Shown here in pieces: positions 6,824 through 10,521 of a DNA stretch of 10,521 bases. A program made the position numbers and the translations under genes. The notes beneath the pieces are model-generated. The model saw nothing but the letters and a program-made list of their open reading frames with translations, was not told where the DNA came from and searched no databases. How positions within the stretch are numbered: position 1 is the first letter of the stretch; the number at the start of each line of letters is the position of its first letter. The DNA is taken from contig JAVVGF010000013.1 of assembly GCA_032249235.1 (NCBI GenBank), forward strand, positions 1 through 10,521, in the 5' to 3' direction. Source of the DNA: Thermoproteota archaeon. Its GTDB lineage: Archaea > Thermoproteota > Thermoprotei > Gearchaeales > Gearchaeaceae.

Positions 6824-7787
6824 TTATTTCTGAAACTAATTTTAATGGTATCTCTTCTTCTGATTTAACGTAGATAATCTTTATCCTTTCAGGATTTATT
6901 ATTCTTGTAAACTTTGTAATGTTAATATCGCTTAATACAATAAGGTATATTTTACACTCTAAGTCCACCGATTTTGCTAATAGTTCGATAATTCTTTGAT
7001 CTTTATCCCTAACATCCAATAACAATTCAACAACAGCTAAAAGTTCATCATCTTTCTTAATGACTAAAGGAAAAACATATTTTGTTCCACTCATTCCTAA
7101 AACTGAAGAAAGAACAAGAGCATTCAATCCCTTTTCGAAATTCAATCTCATGGAGCTTCTATATAAAATGTCTGCTAATTTAGAATAATAAGTTATTTGT
7201 TTTCCGAATTTGTATACAGGATAATTAAGAATGTCAGCTTCATCTACTTTGAATTTATGATTATTGCCGCATTTAAGTATTACGAGTGGAAATTGGAAAA
7301 TATTTAGACAATCATTACATTTAAAAGAAATACCGGGTTTGCCATAATCAATTCCAACCGTTTTTAATGTTTTATTGCATTTTGGACAAACATACTTATC
7401 CAATTCTTTTATAAATTCCTGAACAGGAGCAATATATCCACATTCATAATGTATTAAAAAGTCCGATTTAATCAACGAAGAACTTTTGCAATTAGGACAA
7501 ACTAGATTAATAGAAATATTAAGATCTTTACAAATAGGACAAGCTACAAAGGAAACTGTGGATTTAATTTCAAGCAACCCTCTTTCATAAAGTCTTTGCA
7601 TTCTATGAGGTTGTATTCTTATTCCTTCAATCTCGTAAGCTATACCTTCGCTTGTTTGTATCGGTTGAATGACGTAGTCAATTCCCTTTATACTTATTAT
7701 TGAAATTAATAACAAATCCTCATTCAATATAGCACTTTGTTGATTCTTTATGCTCTCGATGATTGCCATTTGAAAAATTTTTCTCAT
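6816..7787 (-). CDS. TackOD1-type multi-zinc-ribbon protein with a degenerate restriction-endonuclease-like C-terminal domain
   Basis: Six ligand pairs CPIC, CPNC, HYEC, CPKC, CNDC and CGNNH, plus LKTVGIDY, the pattern of Thaumarchaeal/TACK output domain 1. C-terminal GMSGTKYVFPLV resembles the GxSGxxHxFD motif but lacks the Asp. No receiver domain. TTTTTAAA TATA at ~7807-7814. Confidence 0.82.
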   Translation of the reverse strand: MRKIFQMAIIESIKNQQSAILNEDLLLISIISIKGIDYVIQPIQTSEGIAYEIEGIRIQPHRMQRLYERGLLEIKSTVSFVACPICKDLNISINLVCPNCKSSSLIKSDFLIHYECGYIAPVQEFIKELDKYVCPKCNKTLKTVGIDYGKPGISFKCNDCLNIFQFPLVILKCGNNHKFKVDEADILNYPVYKFGKQITYYSKLADILYRSSMRLNFEKGLNALVLSSVLGMSGTKYVFPLVIKKDDELLAVVELLLDVRDKDQRIIELLAKSVDLECKIYLIVLSDINITKFTRIINPERIKIIYVKSEEEIPLKLVSEISE

Positions 7788-8092
7788 AAGATATTATAAT
7801 GTTTTTTTTAAAAATATTTCAAAAACTATCCATAAAATTGATAAAATTTTAAAAAATGCTCAAGGGCTTTTATTCCATAACCCTACTATGACTTATTATT
7901 TTGAGAACAGCTGTCAAGATTGGGTATTACCTTAATAAATAAACGCTATTACCTTCAACTTCCCATGTTACATATATAACTTGCTGAGTATCATCCTAGT
8001 AAATTCATTCAAAATTTTAATAGGATAATTCGGATAAGGCATGGGGCTATCTTTTAACGTTGATTTTATACCAGCCAATTACCAGGAATATA

Positions 8093-8115
8093 TGCCATTA
8101 TTTTATAAATTGGCA
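8093..8115 (+). promoter_or_regulatory. TATA box with a flanking inverted repeat upstream of the degraded vapB
   Basis: TGCCA-TTATTTTATAAAT-TGGCA. TTTTATAA at 8101-8108 is 21-28 nt before ATG 8129. Confidence 0.55.
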
Positions 8116-8128
8116 AATTGATAGAAAA

Positions 8129-8357
8129 ATGGTGGAAGGAAAGACAGCACAAATTGATAAATATGGTAGAATAATTATACCAGCTGAATGGAGGAAAATT
8201 TAGGGAAAAAGCGATAATGATTAAACTAAGCGAGGATGAGATTCTAATAAAATCCATAAGAAAGCGAGGTAAATTAACTGATTTTGTAGATTTCATTAAG
8301 ATTGAAGTAAATAACTTTGAAGAAACACACGCTTTAAGAAATGTAATATATGGTTAG
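8129..8357 (+). pseudogene. vapB: AbrB/MazE-type antitoxin (vapB), frameshifted
   Basis: ATG 8129 gives MVEGKTAQIDKYGRIIIPAEWRKI, then TAG at 8201. The +1 frame continues REKAIMIKLSEDEILIKSIRKRGKLTDFVDFIKIEVNNFEETHALRNVIYG to TAG 8355-8357. Confidence 0.85.
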
Positions 8358-8856
8358 ATTCTTCAATCTTCCTCCATGCTTACCTAAAGCCAAAAAGAGA
8401 ACTCAAGGACTCAGAAAAAGGAGATAAAGAAAAAACAATTGACATACTTAAGAATATTGAAAACGGAGAGGAAGTCATCACATCAGTGGTTCATATTTCA
8501 GAAATTCTTAACATAATAGAAGCAAGATTAGGCTTGGATAAAACCATTATCTTCTTGGAAGATCTTCTTTCTATGGAAAATATAAAGATCGAAAAGCGGA
8601 GAAAAAGGATTATGAAGAAGCATTGATTATATCAGCAAGATTTAAGATAAGCCCTAATGATGCTCTTGCTTGCGTAATTTCAATGAGAAAGAACATAAAA
8701 GAGCTGTATAGCTTTGATAAACATTTTGATAATATACCATTCTTAAAGAGAATAACAAGTCCAAATCTTTCAAGCAATGAGGAGTCTGCAAAAAAATTAC
8801 TTACTTTTTACAAACTGCTTTTCAATATTTACAATATTTCTTATTTTTTCATCTAA
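8350..8856 (+). pseudogene. vapC: PIN-domain toxin (vapC), split across three reading-frame segments
   Basis: ATG 8350 gives MVRF. A shift at ~8362 (first PIN Asp absent) leads to SIFLHAYLKPKRELK...EEVITSVVHISEILNIIEARLG...ENIKIE. A second shift at ~8592-8596 leads to AEKKDYEEALIISARFKISPNDALACV...ELYSFDKHFDNIPFLKRIT, and the frame runs on to 8856. Confidence 0.88.
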
Positions 8857-9207
8857 ATCACCATAGCTAATTTTTTCAACTAAGCAAATCGCTGAATGTA
8901 TACTATCAAATAAAGTCAGTTCTTTGTATTTCTTTCTTAACTCAGAAGCTTTTATTACATGAGTAAATCTAAGGCTAATAATGCTTACCCTGTCTCTGAT
9001 TATATCCTTTAAAGCTTTGAATACGCTAATTATTTCATCTTCACTTCTTTTCTTAGCTCTAAGTAGCAAGTTAAGCTCTATTAAAGATGCTGGCGATAAG
9101 TAAAGTTTAAGATTTTTACTATGAAGTAACTTTATTGCATATTCATGATTTCTATCTTCAGGATTTAAAGCTAATAAAAATCCCGTTTCAACCAGTATCT
9201 TTTTCAA
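8797..9207 (-). CDS. vapC: PIN-domain toxin, VapC family
   Basis: ILVETGFLLALNPEDRNH, SPASLIEL, LTLFDSIHSA and GDLD motifs; 136 aa. It overlaps the upstream antitoxin by 20 nt, with GGAGG at 9224-9220. Confidence 0.88.
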   Translation of the reverse strand: MKKILVETGFLLALNPEDRNHEYAIKLLHSKNLKLYLSPASLIELNLLLRAKKRSEDEIISVFKALKDIIRDRVSIISLRFTHVIKASELRKKYKELTLFDSIHSAICLVEKISYGDLDEKIRNIVNIEKQFVKSK

Positions 9208-9442
9208 TTTCTCTAATCGCCTCCTTTTCAGCAGTTATCCTATCCAAAGTAACTCCGCTTAATAACTTTGCTAGAACTTTATAAGGATTTTCCTTCATTT
9301 CATCGCTTTTCCTCAAAATTATCGCATTTCCTTCTACATATACTTTTAAAACACCACCTTCACGTAACTCCAATTTATCCCTTATTTCTTTAGGAATTAA
9401 GACTCTTCCTTTACTATCTATTCTGACATTTCTCTTTACCAC
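9188..9442 (-). CDS. vapB: AbrB/MazE/SpoVT-type antitoxin, VapB
   Basis: VRIDSKGRVLIPKEIRDKLELREGGVLKVYVEGNAIILRK is the AbrB swapped-hairpin signature, directly upstream of a PIN gene. Confidence 0.92.
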   Translation of the reverse strand: MVKRNVRIDSKGRVLIPKEIRDKLELREGGVLKVYVEGNAIILRKSDEMKENPYKVLAKLLSGVTLDRITAEKEAIREIEKDTG

Positions 9443-9492
9443 GTAGATAAATACAAAGCATAGTATAAAAATTTTCCCACTTTAGTGGTAAA
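9435..9492 (-). promoter_or_regulatory. vapBC promoter and probable autoregulatory operator
   Basis: TATA TTTTATAC at 9463-9470 (minus strand). Inverted repeat TTTCCCAC-TTTA-GTGGTAAA at 9473-9492, and a third half-site TTTACCAC at 9435-9442 over the start codon. Confidence 0.65.
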
Positions 9493-9568
9493 TCTTTGAA
9501 GAAAATTTTTCAAATTACTATGGTGAATTTATTTAATAAAGCTGATATAAATTAGGTTAATGTTAGCT

Positions 9569-9575
9569 AAAAAAA
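9569..9575 (-). terminator. Oligo-T terminator
   Basis: T7 run on the minus strand, 3 nt after the stop at 9578. Confidence 0.5.
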
Positions 9576-9577
9576 TA

Positions 9578-10521
9578 TTATTCTTTGTGTTTTTTGCGAA
9601 TAACTTTTTTAACTTCAAAAACTGTAACTACTGCGAGCATTGAAATCACGAGAATTATTAGTATAGTTTTGATATCGAATATATTAAATGAGAATTGCCA
9701 TGGAGGTTGGTTTTGCCCGCCTGCACTAATAGAACCGCTAGTCAAAGCGAAAACTGGATCGCCAGGCTTCAAAGTAAATATCACTACTTTTTCATTAATA
9801 TCTACCTGATAGTTTTTAACTTCTTGATAAGCTTCTGAGGTTGCATTGTACTTATATAAGTGTATTTGTGAAGGGTCAGATATGCCTAAATCTTCGAAAG
9901 ATATTTTAACTGTTACAGAACCAGCTTCTGCGCTAAGTAAGTCTATTGAAATTATCTTGTATTTATTTGCACCTGCGAGTGAAGCTTCTGGATAAGGATT
10001 ATCATGAAGCAAAGATACTTGAGCTTTGAAAGCTCCACTTGATTCTATTGTAACGCCAGTCTTGCCTTTAACAGTACCTGTTCCTTCTAAATATTCGACA
10101 TCCTGCTTTATGCTTTTGTAATTTATAGTGCCTTCAACAGGTTTACTAAAAGCTACAGCTAATATCGTATAATTATCGCCGTAAATTTCAGCTGATCTTA
10201 TCATTTTACCATTGAATAATGCAACGTATCTTGAATCGCTTCTAGGTAGCAAGATTTGTACGAGAGTAGAATTCGTAACGCTTATTCCTTTGTCAGAGAT
10301 GGAAACAGGACCATCACTATAAACTTCAATTCCATTACCGCTTGCACTATATGGACCAAGCGTTAACGGAATATTTATCATAATGTTATAGAGCAATTGA
10401 TCGTTAGCATATACTAATAAACTCGCATCTATTGATTCGTAATTAACAGCTTTCTTCATAGGCTTTAAAGTTATCATTTCAGTACTTCTAGCTTTTAAAT
10501 TAACTACATTTGAGCTATAGC
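9578..10521 (-). CDS. C-terminal part of a membrane-anchored cell-surface protein (starts beyond the right edge)
   Basis: The frame is open upstream of ATG 10477 to the window edge (YSSNVVNLKARSTE). The sequence is beta-rich in S/T/N/G/Y, has sequons NST, NYT and NAT, a G/S/Q/P linker, and one C-terminal TM helix followed by KKVIRKKHKE. Confidence 0.85.
   Translation of the reverse strand, partial: YSSNVVNLKARSTEMITLKPMKKAVNYESIDASLLVYANDQLLYNIMINIPLTLGPYSASGNGIEVYSDGPVSISDKGISVTNSTLVQILLPRSDSRYVALFNGKMIRSAEIYGDNYTILAVAFSKPVEGTINYKSIKQDVEYLEGTGTVKGKTGVTIESSGAFKAQVSLLHDNPYPEASLAGANKYKIISIDLLSAEAGSVTVKISFEDLGISDPSQIHLYKYNATSEAYQEVKNYQVDINEKVVIFTLKPGDPVFALTSGSISAGGQNQPPWQFSFNIFDIKTILIILVISMLAVVTVFEVKKVIRKKHKE

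Noticed and set aside
8066-8296. 76-aa minus-strand ORF
   Set aside because: It is the shadow of the + strand vapB pseudogene, which carries a recognisable AbrB motif and promoter.
8190-8600. Programmed frameshifting to express the broken vapBC
   Set aside because: Three separate shifts are needed, one with loss of the catalytic Asp region. Decay is the simpler explanation.
8623-8856. 77-aa ORF as an independent gene
   Set aside because: It is the C-terminal fragment of the frameshifted vapC.
9495-9514. TTTGAA...TTCAAA inverted repeat
   Set aside because: It is short and AT-only, as expected by chance at this base composition.
9585-9809. 74-aa + strand ORF
   Set aside because: It is antisense within the surface-protein gene.
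10475-10477. ATG 10477 as the true start of the last gene
   Set aside because: The frame is open to the window edge and no signal peptide follows this ATG, so the gene begins outside the window.

Overview
AT-rich archaeal chromosomal DNA, most likely from the TACK/Thermoproteota group. The basis is TATA boxes about 20-30 nt before apparently leaderless ATG/GTG starts, plus PaREP1, TackOD1, AbrB-VapC pairs and a C/D box sRNA. In order, the window holds: (1) the 5' part of a minus-strand heptad-repeat coiled-coil gene missed by the ORF track (the + strand ORF 12..656 is its antisense shadow); (2) a minus-strand operon of a TPS-like GT4 glycosyltransferase and an MscS channel; (3) a box C/D guide sRNA in the 2872-3005 intergenic gap whose guides point at the 23S rRNA peptidyl-transferase centre; (4) a TauE/SafE permease plus a DUF1634-like membrane protein; (5) a hypothetical protein and a PaREP1 gene; (6) an operon of a multi-zinc-ribbon TackOD1 protein and a processive QxxRW GT2 polysaccharide synthase; (7) a frameshifted vapBC pair converging on an intact vapBC pair with a clear operator; (8) the 3' part of a C-terminally anchored surface protein. 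Family calls come from motif recognition by eye, not database searches.
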